The notes below the pieces were generated by a model. It saw nothing but the letters and a program-made list of their open reading frames with translations, had not been told where the DNA came from and did not search any database. A program made the position numbers and the translations under genes. From positions 28,892,001 through 28,956,000 of the forward strand of contig CM022665.1 of the NCBI GenBank assembly GCA_012295275.1: a stretch of 64,000 nucleotides of DNA, read 5' to 3'. The DNA comes from Chrysomallon squamiferum (taxonomy: Eukaryota; Animalia; Mollusca). Positions 1 through 13,173 of this stretch are shown here, in pieces. Position 1 is the first letter of the stretch, and each line of letters starts with the position of its first letter.

Positions 1-679
1 TTTACTGGAAATCGTAATGTTACTTTCAGTTAGCGCTGCGTCTATATTACTGAGTTAACCAATAGTTCTATGCGAGCTTAATAAAAGGCCCTGTGTTTAT
101 ATAACAATTACAGGTTATACAGATGCTTGATTTGTCCGCAGAGCCATCATTTCCCAAAACCACAGTGTCACAGTCACGAATGTATCTTGCGGTGAACCAA
201 ACAATTAACTAAATATGATCAGGCTAATTGTTATAATTAAAAACATTTTTTATGAGACAGTTGTGGAATACTCTACATGTTATGTTAAAAATTACAACAA
301 GATGAATTCCTTGTCCCGCTAACTAATAAAATGAGTATACAACAATAACAACAACAACAACAACAATAATAAAAAAAAAAAAAAATAGATACAGTAATAA
401 TAATAATTAAAAAAGGCTGAAGTAGTAGTGATAAAGATACTGATCGTAATAAAAAAAGAAGTGTGATGAAATTAAAACTGGTTTCTAAAAATATTTTTAA
501 TTTTGAGTTAATGTAGTTGATGGCACTGCATCCAACATTTATTACAATTTTGATTGGATTTTCAGTTATTATTACTTTTGAAATTAGTATTATATTATTG
601 CTGTTGCAGCTACTACTACAATAAGAAAAAAAAAAATGTTTTGCTATGGTTTTACATTATAAATCTGTTTTGACATTAG

Positions 680-1314
680 AAACGTTAGGTGGGTTCGATA
701 ATATCTTTCCAACAAGCGCCGAGCCTGTCACCGCGAAACGAGGAAGAAAAAAGAAGAAAAGCGAAGATGAAGAAATAACAACAGTCCCTCCGTTCACGTC
801 GGAGAGCACGACGCCACTACCAACAACAACAACAGCCAAAATGACGACAACAACAACAATGATGACAACTACAACTGCGGCAATGAGTACTGATCCTTCT
901 GCAACAAACCAGACGTCTATGTCGTCCACCACCACCACCACAATGACACCGATCGTTCACAGCGGTAAAGTTAACACTGAAGTCGCCGTCGTCGATAACC
1001 GGGAGCCGATCGTCATTGCCGAAGAGATGCTGAACGATCTCGCAGAGCTGGAGACCTATGACGACTTGTTCTACTACATTTTTGACGACTGCGCACTCTT
1101 CAGGAAAGTAATGCGGAGTCCAGAGGTTCAGTCGAACGAGCCGTGTATTTCTGCCGAGACCATAGACAAGATGAAGTGTTCGGGACTGAGGACAATGCAG
1201 GATCAAGTGTTTTGGAACTTGACCTACTTTGAACATCCTGGCGACATCTACGACTTCTACCTCGCCCCACTCATCAGAGCACGCGAAATTAGAGACGAAA
1301 AGAGAAGACTTACG
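680..1314 (+). CDS. PKD1-like exon: Thr-rich mucin-like stretch plus helical extracellular region
   Basis: Within ORF 646-1323. Acceptor cattag|680 (alternative cgttag|689, same phase); donor ACG|gtttgt, phase 0, matches the next exon. Confidence 0.7.
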
Positions 1315-1330
1315 GTTTGTTAGAACATAC

Positions 1331-1379
<49 letters not shown>

Positions 1380-4300
1380 CACCTCTGCTGGATAGAATGT
1401 TGTTATATTTTTTGTACATTTCCATTTTTACTCACACCCCAGTTTCTGCTGGCACGGAGTAAGAAAACCACTTTACAGTCTTGTATAGTTTTGCGGAGAC
1501 TGGTACAAGAAATATAAACAAAACTTCAGTCGTAATGCAAATTTGTAACGACTTACTATAATGTAGATATATATATATATATATTTCACATTTTTACGTA
1601 AAATAGGGGCTTCACGTAAAAGAAATTACCAACCTGAATGAAATATCTTAATCTTTTTAATCTACTGTAATACTTTATTATTAGCAATGTTGGTCGCAAT
1701 AAAAAAATAAATAAACATAACCCCCCCCACACACACACACATTGTGTACAGTTGTTAATACAAATAAAAAACTGTATTCCTGTTTGTCGTTTGTTAATTA
1801 TGTCTCTGTTTTACAGGACGCGCATGTAGCTAAAGCAGGGTCTCGAGCTCTTGGTACTGTGGCAGACACTGTGAATGAGAAAGCTCCACATGGAGATAGC
1901 ACAGAGCGAGGATTTCAGTCAAAACGTCTGGGTCTCAAAGTTCAGAAACTGAACGTAAAGGGAAGCAAGGATCCATTAAACAATGGTAATGTAGCCTCCA
2001 AACAACAATAGAGGTTTCAATTTTCTATGATTTGCTATATAAAAAAAAAAAAAAAAAGAAATTAATAATAATAATAAAATTAAAATAAATATATAAATTA
2101 ATAAAAGAAAAAAAAAAATGAACGATCTAATAAGCAGAAGTATCATATATTTCGAGTAATTTACGTTACATTTTATTGTGAATTGTGTAAATAAAATTAA
2201 GCTAAATAATAAAAAAAATCAAAAAAAAAAATGATTAACGATCTAATAATATATACTTCTATCAATTTACGTTACATTTTAATGTGATTGGCTAAATGAT
2301 ACTGTATCTCATCTTGAAATATATTTATATCTTATATGATAGTTTAAGTTTTGGTGCAAATTTTGCAAATACCATGTTTACAGACTAGTAATCATAATAA
2401 TAAGAGTGAGTAATTTTCAGTACACCTCCATTAGAGAAATGTTCAGTCTTGTTTCTCGTGAAACAAACATTTTCGTGGAAGAGTTCAGTTAAAGAGAGAT
2501 TACTGATGTTGTGGGTTTTGGGGATAAGTAATTCTGTGGGCAGAGTCAAATTTCTGCTGAAAGTTCTTTCAAAGCCTAAATAACGTCTGTCTTTCAAAAT
2601 GCCGAAATTCAGACATTTTAAAAGTATAATGCAATACTGTGTTCAAATGGAAACGATTTTGCAAGAATAACGCAGTTACCTCCCATAACGTGACAAGAAC
2701 AAACTCGTCTGTGAGCATTTTTATGTTGAACATTTGGAAAAAAAAAAAAAAAAAAAAAATCTTGGCATTGTAACTAACTAAAATAATTTAATACGAACTA
2801 TACTGAAAACATTTCAGTCTTGTTGCTTTCTACGTTTCTTCAATGTTAATATAATAAACTATGTTATTATTATTAATTAAAAATCGTATATTTGTGCAGA
2901 TACCGAATCTGCTGAACCCAAAAGTCAACAGATGAGTTTATCAGTAGGCTCTTTTAACATGCCCGTCGATCTCTTGTCCGCTGGAGGAGCCTGTGATGAC
3001 GTCAGCACCATGGTGAGATAATTTCTTTAGCCGACACAGAAATAATAAACACTGGCTTGTTGAAATCAGTTTTCTATTACATTTCAGCCCATCAACAGAT
3101 ATTTCTGGGATCTGTCAGTCTACAAGATACTATATCCTGAAATGAAGTCTCGTTTATATTTTAAAAGAATTTTAAAGTAACATATTCAATATCATTATTA
3201 TTATTATTTTTTTTTTTTTGTGATTTATTAAAGAGAGAAGATAATCAAAATAAATGTTTACAGTTTTATATACTTATATTTACAAATTTGTTATCTCATT
3301 TCCTATTAATCTGAGCTTTGTATTTCAGTTTCTCGGGGACAGTGACAATGCTTACGGGTTTTCAAAGGAGAAGTCCAGTGTTGGTAAAGGTGTGATTAGC
3401 TTGGGCTACTCCTGTGGAGGTAAAAAACTCAGAATACAGAACGCGGACAAACCTATTGAAATGTGGCTAGAACGTACGTACCTTGTTATTATTAGTGATA
3501 CACAACTGAAAACCCATAAATATAATTTCGAAAATTCCCGTTTGGTACTACACTCGCAAATCATTGCATCTAATTTAGATCATGAAGTGAACTTTATAAT
3601 GTAAATCATAACCATTCCCTAAGCCAATACATTTCTTCTTCAAAAAGTGACCATTAAACTGTAATACGAATAATATAAGTATTTTAATGTTATTAACATA
3701 GTAAATAATAATAAATGAAGAACCAATTATAATACTGATGTTACTTTGCCAAAAATTACCCCAAAAAAACAAACAAAAAACAACAAGAACAAATAAAACA
3801 ATAAAAAAACACGTTATCTTGAAAATTAAAAGAAGCATGCAAATTAATATTAATATTAATGTTACTTTTAATGCCTTTTAAAAAATACAGTTATAAAATT
3901 CATTATATTCAATGTTCAGCTAATGTTGTCTTTCAGGAAACGCCAGTGTTTACAAAGCCAGCAAGTTTATAAAAATTACAAAGTGGAACTCGGCCGACCC
4001 GCCAACCTACAACTACCATCCCGTTAATCTCACGGACGGTAACTCTTCTCTGCAAGTAATTCTGCGACCTGGAGCTTCAAACGAGGCTTACGATGTGTAC
4101 GTCATGTACGACAGTCGTCCAAACGACACAGTTTACGACTTCCACGACGTCGTACCGAAACATAATGTTTCTTACTTAGGCAACATATCAGACCCGCTCG
4201 AGGAAGAGGAACTGATGTATACTGTTACCGTCCCTGTAGAATTAACTGAAGAGAATGGGACGTACTGGGTCGCGATCAAACTTAAACGTAAGAGAAACCA

Positions 4301-6040
4301 AGCTGAAGATCAAAATAACAATCATGTGTATATTCTGCTTATTACATACAGCAGCAATTATAAACCAACCAACCAACCAACAAACAAACAAATGAATAAA
4401 TAAATAAGTAAATAAAAACAAATATGCGTAACAAAAATTCCTTCCTTTCTCTTGATGTACAGGGTGGCCCAGATGTAACCGAAACTGAATTGTTATGAAA
4501 AGTTACAGTTAAATGAAACAAATTTTATTTCATATAGTAACAGCAAATGTTCAAAATGCAAACCATTATTTGTAATACAGTGATGACATCGTTCAATGGT
4601 TGATTCAGTATTTCGTGAAGAAGACTTGAAATCAGTGATCATCGATTGAGCTTTCGGGTTCGGTTACATCTGGGCCACCCTGTATAATAACAATTTAACA
4701 GCTATATAAATATAAAAACATCAGTACTGTAATATAAACACAATCTAACGCACAATGATTAAAACGATCTACACGTAGAAGTCTAATAAAAACTTTGGGT
4801 TTTTTCTTTTCAGAGGGCACGGCGTCGACATCTGGTGAGTCGACTAACAACACGTACTATCTGACAAACCTCGTCTCGGGCTGCAGGTTCTGGGATGATG
4901 AGAATGAGAAATGGTCTTCTGAAGGATGCAAGGTAATTTATATTTTAAAATGTATGATTCCTTTGTATTACGATCTAGCTTCATACTCATCTGTCCTTCA
5001 TGTTTCATTATCTCTTCTTTTTCACTTCCAGTCACTTGTTCAGTTTAGGCAGAAGAAACACATAAATATATCATTACATAAATCAGATTTTATCTTGATA
5101 TTGTGAACCATACGTCACAAGATATAGACTTCTGTTTAAGTATAAATAAATATTTCTCTTTGAAAGTTTAATTAAGTGAAAAAAATGCAAATATTATTTA
5201 ACGACTATTTATAATTTTCCTTCGAATAAAATGTTTAGGTTTACGAAGAATTTTTTCGAGGGTCACATTTTCGGCAATTTTCTCCCTAGATTTGCAATAA
5301 GCAATCAAGAATGATTTATTTATATGAACGGATATGTTCATAACGAAATCATCAGACATTTTTATAACTGTATTTACTGTGTAATCATCAAAACAATATT
5401 TAATTTTTTTTTAACTCAACAGTTGATTGTTTAAAAAGTGAAATGTTTTTGACAGGTTGGTCCTAAAACAACCAAATACAGAACTCAGTGTCTCTGTACT
5501 CATCTGACATCGTTTGGCTCTGACTTCGTTGTTCCAGTCAACACCATTGACTTCAGCAACGTCTGGGCTAAATTCGGAAACCTCAGTGAGAATGCTGCCG
5601 TCTTTTCCACCGTTATTGTCATGCTGGGACTTTACATCATAGGCATCATTTGGGCGCGACATATGGACAAGAAGGATGTATTGAAGGTAACATATGACTA
5701 ATCTGTTGTCATTACACAGTATTTTTGTCTTTACCTCATTACGTTAAATTCGTGGATTATTATGCTATTTTGTTGCCCTGTCATGAACACTGTTCGGAAG
5801 TGTAGAACTGTGTAAGTGCGTTCTGTTCTGCAATAAAGCACTGTAAAAAGACGAACTTTCTTTTCAGATCTAGTAAATCTTATTTTATGTGAATACATCA
5901 CTGAACTAAAAATGATTCTAAGATGAGTTAACAGTCACGAATTTCTGACACCCATTATTATTTTTTCCGTTTTTTTCTCATACAGACATTACATTTGACA
6001 CACAGAAACACTCATAGAATAATAAAAACATAAATATAAT

Positions 6041-6088
<48 letters not shown>

Positions 6089-9000
6089 CAGATCATATAA
6101 AAAATAAAACTGTATAAACTCTTGTTGTCAGTGGGGAGCGACACCGTTGATGGACAATCTACCCACAGACACATATCACTATCAGCTCTCAGTGCAAACG
6201 GGAATTAGAAAAAACGCTGGCACAGACTCAAAGATCAGTTTCATCCTTTCCGGAGACGACGGCGATACAGGAGTGCGAAGACTGGACGACGGCAAGAGAA
6301 AGGTAGATGTTAAAAATAATTTAATGCTCATTTAATAATTTAAGTGTCCGTTATGATATTTTCTTTCAAATCATTCCTTCACTCTCGTAGCAAAGGCAGG
6401 CGTGGTGAGAATCTTTATTTTGTAGACGCAAAGTCACTGCATAGCACTAAGCACTAAAGGAATCGTCGGACTCTTCTGGTTCGAGGTTGATGACGAGAAT
6501 GCGTTGATGGTTAATCAGGCGAACTATTGCGACGTCATCAGGTAAATTTTGTGCTCGTTTTTATTGTCGACAGTTGTTTAGTGGTTCCAGCAGGATGGCG
6601 CTACAATCACATACTTTAACGGAGACAAGAAATATTATATCCGAGAGATTTCAGGATAGGATCGTTTCCTTGAAAACTCAACCCGCTGGATTTCTTTTTG
6701 TGGGGTTATGCTAAAGAAAATCTGTACAGAAACATGCCTGACTCAATCCCTGAGATGAAGGTGTTCAGGAGAACGTTACAGCCCACACATTGAAGGCAGA
6801 AGTACAAAACGTTTGCTGCGAGAGAAGGAATGCTTTGTTCGCTGTGGCTCTAATACTGAGCATGCCATTCATGCCACGCAGCGTCTTTAATAAAAATCAT
6901 ATAATTACAACTGTAAATAAAATTCCAGTGTAGTGTGTGTTTTTTTGTTGTTGTTGTTGGTTGTTTGTTTTGTTTTTAAAAAAAAATAAAAAAATATTAT
7001 TATTATTTTTTTTATGTAGTCAAGATCACATAATTCTGGTTTGATACACTTTTGTGCGGTAGAAAAATGAAAAACAAACCTCTTTTGGGGGTGAGGAGGA
7101 CATCGTCTACTTTTCTGTTTATGCAAAAAAGTGCTTATAAAACATCTTGTGTTTCTAGTTAATTAAACATCATGTTTCCTTTCATGTTATCATCACAAAA
7201 ATATCTATGATTGACACCTTCTGACCACCAGTATTAAAATATTCAGAGTTTGTTAAATATTTATTCCTTTATTTGCAGCATTTTGCTCGAGGCAGTATCT
7301 ACAACTTTGTGCTAAGCGTAGAACAGTCCCTAGGTGATCTAACGTTTCTTCGTATCTGGCATGACAACAGTGGGAAAGGAAAAGCAAAAGGCTGGTATCT
7401 GGATCAAGTACAAGTAACCAATCTTCAGACAGGAGAAAAGTTAGTATCACCACTTTGAAATAAAATAATTACTCCCGTATGTGTATTATTTAACCACTAC
7501 GAAATTAACATATTACAAGTTACTTTATTTACACCACAATATGCATCACTTTAACTGAAATCTTTTAAAAATAAAACTGCAAACAGGTAACGATGATACT
7601 GGCATTCTTTCAGGCAAACGTAAACAAAAATATTTCGTCAGATAAAATGCAATAGTAGACATGAATAAATGCCTTGTAACAACAATGTCTAATTCGTGTC
7701 ATCAATTATTCATTAATAACAGAAGGGTTCTTTTGACAGATAAGATGCACGTTACAGCAATATATTTATCTATCGTTATAATTTACACCTGTATGAAATG
7801 ACCGAGAAAAATAATAAATCTGCATATATATTTCAGATCATTTTTCTTGTGTGACCGCTGGCTGGCAGTGGAGGAAGATGACGGAATGGTGGATAGGATT
7901 TGTCCAGTGGCAGGAATCGAAGATCTAGTTGCCTTCAAGCAACTCTTTTCGTCCTCTGCCCGCAAGAAACTCACCAACGAACATCTCTGGATCTCCGTCT
8001 TCTCTCGACCTACGCGCAGCAACTTCACGCGCGTTCAGCGAATTTCATGTTGCATGGCTTTGCTTTTCCTCACAATGATCACTAACTGCATGTTCTTCAA
8101 AGGAGAAGAGAACACGTCGGGCAAGGTCACGGCCATTACCCTCGGTCCCATTTCCATCACGCTTCAGTCTCTTTACGTCAGCGTCATTGGTACGTTGATT
8201 GTGTTCCCACCGAGTTTCCTTATCGTCACTTTCTTCCGGCGATGCAGGCCAAAGAAGAACGCTATAATGCAAGCAAATCAACAGATCCCCAAGCGAACTC
8301 AGAAACACAAATGGAAGAATATTAGTTCTGCTTCTTCTGGGATGTGGAGCAGTTACAAGCTTCAAAAGTCGAAAATGCAGCGATTCCGAGAAGCTCTGTC
8401 AGGTATACTGACTTTCCACAAAAAGGACAAATACAGCGATGACATGGTCGAGATAGACACAGCAAAGAAATCTGATGCTGCCAAAAAGAGAAAGAAGAAA
8501 GGCTGGACACTGCCTCATTGGTGTATCTACATTGGATGGGGTTGTAAGTTGATAATCATCTTCAGCAGATTAAGTGCAGTTTAATTACAGTAAAATAGAA
8601 AATAATAAAGGCGCTCCCACTCTATTTAGATGATTGATGCTTTTCTTTGAACTGAAATGACTTTATCGTGAAAATTATTGAAACCATATTTATCACTCGC
8701 ATTTCCTTATGAAACGTTGGTTATGTCTTCAAAAAATCAGACCTAAATTCAGTCATGTTTTTGAAAAGTTAAAATATGTTATGTTAATAGTAAACGACAT
8801 CAGTGTTAGACAATGCACATACTTTTAATAATTATATTCTTAATACAGATTATAGTTAAATGTTTACCTTAATTAGTTTATTAATATATTTTAACAAGTC
8901 TTTTCTTAAAATAATTTTACAGTATGTGTATTGAGCATCATAACACCGGCATTTTTCACCATCCTGTACAGCATGGAGTGGGGAACCAAAAAATCCAATG

Positions 9001-10734
9001 AGTGGCTGGTTGCTTTTATTCTGTCATTCTTCCAAAGTGTCATTGTCGTACAACCAATAAAGGTAACGAGAAACATTTAATCAGATTAGAATTGTTTTAC
9101 GTTATGTTAAGAAACAAATTCACAAAATTAGATGAAGGTGTTGCAACAGATGTACATTTTGAATATATACTAAAAATAAAGAAAAACAACAAAAACTTTT
9201 TCAAATGTCAAATCTTCAGTCATTTCTGGCATTCAAAATGTTTAAGAAATATCAAAGACTGTGTTTTTCTGACGAACCTTCCACATGTACGCATAGATAA
9301 TACACACTTTAAGATAATACAAATGTATGCCGTAAAAAAAATATACAATAAAAATATTATAGTTACATTAAATAAAGAGTAATTATGTTAATAACAGAAC
9401 ATCATTAATCACTACTCTAAATTCATAAATATATGTACATTATCTTTATTAAGGATTAGATTTTTAATATTTATTGTTAATTTTCGTGATTTTTAAAGGT
9501 GTTGGCTATCGTGGCGTTCATCTCGTGTATTATGAAGAAACCTGAGCTGGATGAGGAAGAGTTAGAGGAAGACATAGACAATGTTCTCAAACCTGACGAG
9601 GAACTGGTGAAGAAGAAAGACCCAGTTGAACTATCTGGTATTATTTATAATGAATATGAAATAAATATTTAAGAATATTTTATTATTAATGGTTAACTAC
9701 TGAAACATATACCCTTTGTCTCCAGTTTCTCAGATTTTAGTTATTGTTTCAGCCATTTCCTAATCTAACCAGTACGTCATAGCTACTTTATTAAAAGCCG
9801 TGGAATATTGTTTCCTGCCTAAGGGAAAACGATTTCTTATTGATAATTAATAAGAAAAGCCAACGGATTTGTCGAATCATGTTACAAGATCTCAAATGTA
9901 ATCACAAAGATTTGACAAATCCATCATCTTTTCTTATTAATTAATTATCAACAAGAAATCGTTTTTTATGCACCTTAATAAACTAGCCACGAAGTACTGG
10001 TTAGATCAGGAAAGAGTTGAATCAATGATGAAAATCTGGCAAATTAGAGGCAAAGAGTACATTTCAGTAGTTAAGGACAAACGTAGTTGATTAATCTATC
10101 TGTGAATATCAAGTTTGATTTTAGATATCTACACAGTAGTCACCATCAGTATTATAACACAAACCTACAATTTAGATTTATTTAAATTGTTTAAAATGTT
10201 TCTGTTTCTAGCAATCATGCTTCAGAGGAAAATGGCTAACAGCAACTACCAACCGCCTAATACTGCAGAACTGGAACTTGCTAGAAAACTGCGGTTGAAC
10301 GAAATAGAAATGGAGGCAGTACTCAAAGAAATAATAACATTTATTTTCTTTGTGATGGTTATTTTCTTCCTCTCTTACCAGCAGAGGGATCCAGTTAGCT
10401 ACAGATACGCTACAAACTTAAAAAATATCTTCTTAAATGGATTCGATTCGGTGAGTCATGAATAATTAAAATTAATATTGAACCCGATGAGATTATTCAA
10501 AATACTAGGTGATTCAGATCTTATGCACAAATACCGTGAATTCGTTGTTTACTATGACAGAATATTCTGCAGCAACAATCACTAACTTATACGTAATATT
10601 CTCTGCGGTTAAATATAACGATCATTTTCGCCGAGATACGAAATAAATTGCAAAAACTGTTTCTCGTGTTCTAACGATGCTTTTAAATGTTTACCAAAAA
10701 ATTGTACTGGCTACTTTGGTTGGCTCTATTTTTC

Positions 10735-10770
<36 letters not shown>

Positions 10771-13084
10771 TTATTATTTGTTTATTAATTTATTTAACAT
10801 TAATTTTTTTTTTTTATCAGTTGTTTTTAAATGTTAGTATTAAAAACAAATCACTTGTTTTTATTTTGTATTCTTAACAGATTGAAACTGCAGAAAACTA
10901 CTGGAAGTGGCTTGAAACCAAATATCTGCCGGCTCTGTACGCTACACAGTATTCTAACGGAACAGAAATTGAATACTGGATGGACAGAAACTGTATTTCA
11001 GATCTTCAGAGCAGACGTGTTGCTGTGGCCCGTCTACGACAGATGAGAGTTAAATTTGGTACGTGAAAGAAACGCTTTTTAAATCTTCTTTGTGATAATT
11101 GGCGTAATTCTTATAATTAAACCCGCCCACGACAGTCATCAGTTGATTGAGTTGCATCCGGAATATTTATTTTCCTTGGCATTATTTTTTTCTTGGCCCT
11201 GCATTTTGACTATTTTAAAACATTATCAGCATTTTTTAGAAGTGAAAACATGTTAAGCGTTATATTTTCTGAATACTATTATTGCTCCGGTTTATTTATT
11301 TTTCACAATTATTTTGTATTGCATTTGTTCATTCTATTACAGCTATATTTCCTTCTAGATCAAACATTTTTTATATCCCAAGGATCGTTAATTATAAATT
11401 TGGTAATACTCTAAAGAAAACACAACAGCAACAAATAAATAAATAAATAAATAAATTTCTTACAACAGATACATGCACAGTGCAACCAGAGATGAGTAAA
11501 GTGATACATCACTGTCTAGATGAGTACGGGTGGACGGATGACGATACAAAACCATACTATCCTGTGTGGACACCGCCACCAGACAAAGAAAACGCCACAT
11601 GGCTGAAGAAACAGAAATCTCCCTGGGTATACCAGAGCGCATTCAAACTAGCTAATGCTCCCTATGTGGCGACAGTATCTACGTACAAGGGCGGCGGGTA
11701 TGTTCAGCTGCTCAGTAGACAGATCTACCGTACAAAAAAGATCATAACAGAGCTGAAAGATCAGAACTGGCTCGATACAAGGACAAGAGCGGTGTTCTTG
11801 GAGTTCACCATTTACAACCCAAATGTCAATCTGTTTGCTTCCTGTGTCCTGGTCGTAGAGTTCCTGCATTCTGGTGGAGCGGTCACCAGATATGATTTTA
11901 AGGTGAAAATTGGTATTATTTTAAATCTGTTTTTTCAGTTATATTCAAATTTACTCCATTTTATCTCTTCAGGTTTTTTTCTTCAGATTGCCTTCCTTGT
12001 AAGATATTACACCGTATTATTTTAAAGTTTTAATTTGAACGATCGGTTTACAATAGTTCATCCATTTGCTTACGAATATATCTATCTCAGGATACAGAGT
12101 CTCTTTTATAATTCCTTAATACTGACATTCAGACGTACTTTCTAACTAATCAGGTTTAATTCCAACGTTAGTTATTTGTATTATACTCTCAGTAAATCTA
12201 AAGAAACAAATATTCGTTGGTTGCCGTTATATAATTTCCTTGCTTTCTGCTTTTCATCTGTATATTTAATTTGTTGTTTGTTGTTATAGGTATTCCGACT
12301 GATGAACTACATTGGAGGATTCGGTCTGATCGTTCTGCTCATGGAAGTTGTTTACGCCTGTTTCACGTTATACTTCTTCATCCGCTGTATCATGCAAGTT
12401 AAGAAACACAAGCTCAAATACTTTAAAGACTTCTGGTACATCATCGAGTTTGTTTTGTTGTGTTTCGCCGTGTCGTGTATCGTCATGTACATATTCAAAC
12501 ACCTGCTTACAGAACTGGCCATGCGCGCTCTAAAAGACAGAGAATCAGGTACGTCAACTGAATATCTGAAATGTGCTGAATTAAACACTACAGATTTATA
12601 TGGAAACAGATTATGTACATACATGTTCTTCGTCTATCTATCTACCATTTTCTGTATGAATTATCGTTTGTTTTTTCTTTCTTCTTTTCAGTTTATTTAT
12701 GTTTAAAAATGTTATATGAAAATATAGTGATACGGTAATAACGATTAAGCTGAAAATATTAATTATATTAATTATTTAAAAATGTATATATTAAGATGTG
12801 GGCATTCTGTTAGTATTCTACTGTTACGAAAAATCTTATACGTTATATATAAACACATTATATATAGTTATAACCTGAATTTTATAACTGTACGAATAAA
12901 AATGTCCTCAGTATAATTTAAATTTCTGATTCCAGTCGTGAATGCTACCTTAATATTTCTGATTCTTTTTGAAACATCTTTAATTTTTAAGAATGTCTTT
13001 CAAGTTTTAAATTTATTCTTCTTTTTTTTAAATGATCGTTTAAATTCGAATTCTACTAATCAGATATCAGATTTATTTCGCACG

Positions 13085-13173
<89 letters not shown>

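Noticed and set aside
142-191. Possible upstream PKD1-like exon (ccgcag|A GCC ATC...TGC G|gtgaac)
   Set aside because: Phase would fit the next exon, but it is short, has a weak donor and has no recognisable motif.
1436-1612. Possible Harbinger-like MITE (CCCCAGTTT...AAATAGGGG); similar hints at ~14750-15020
   Set aside because: Terminal repeats too short and imperfect, and no clear TSD.
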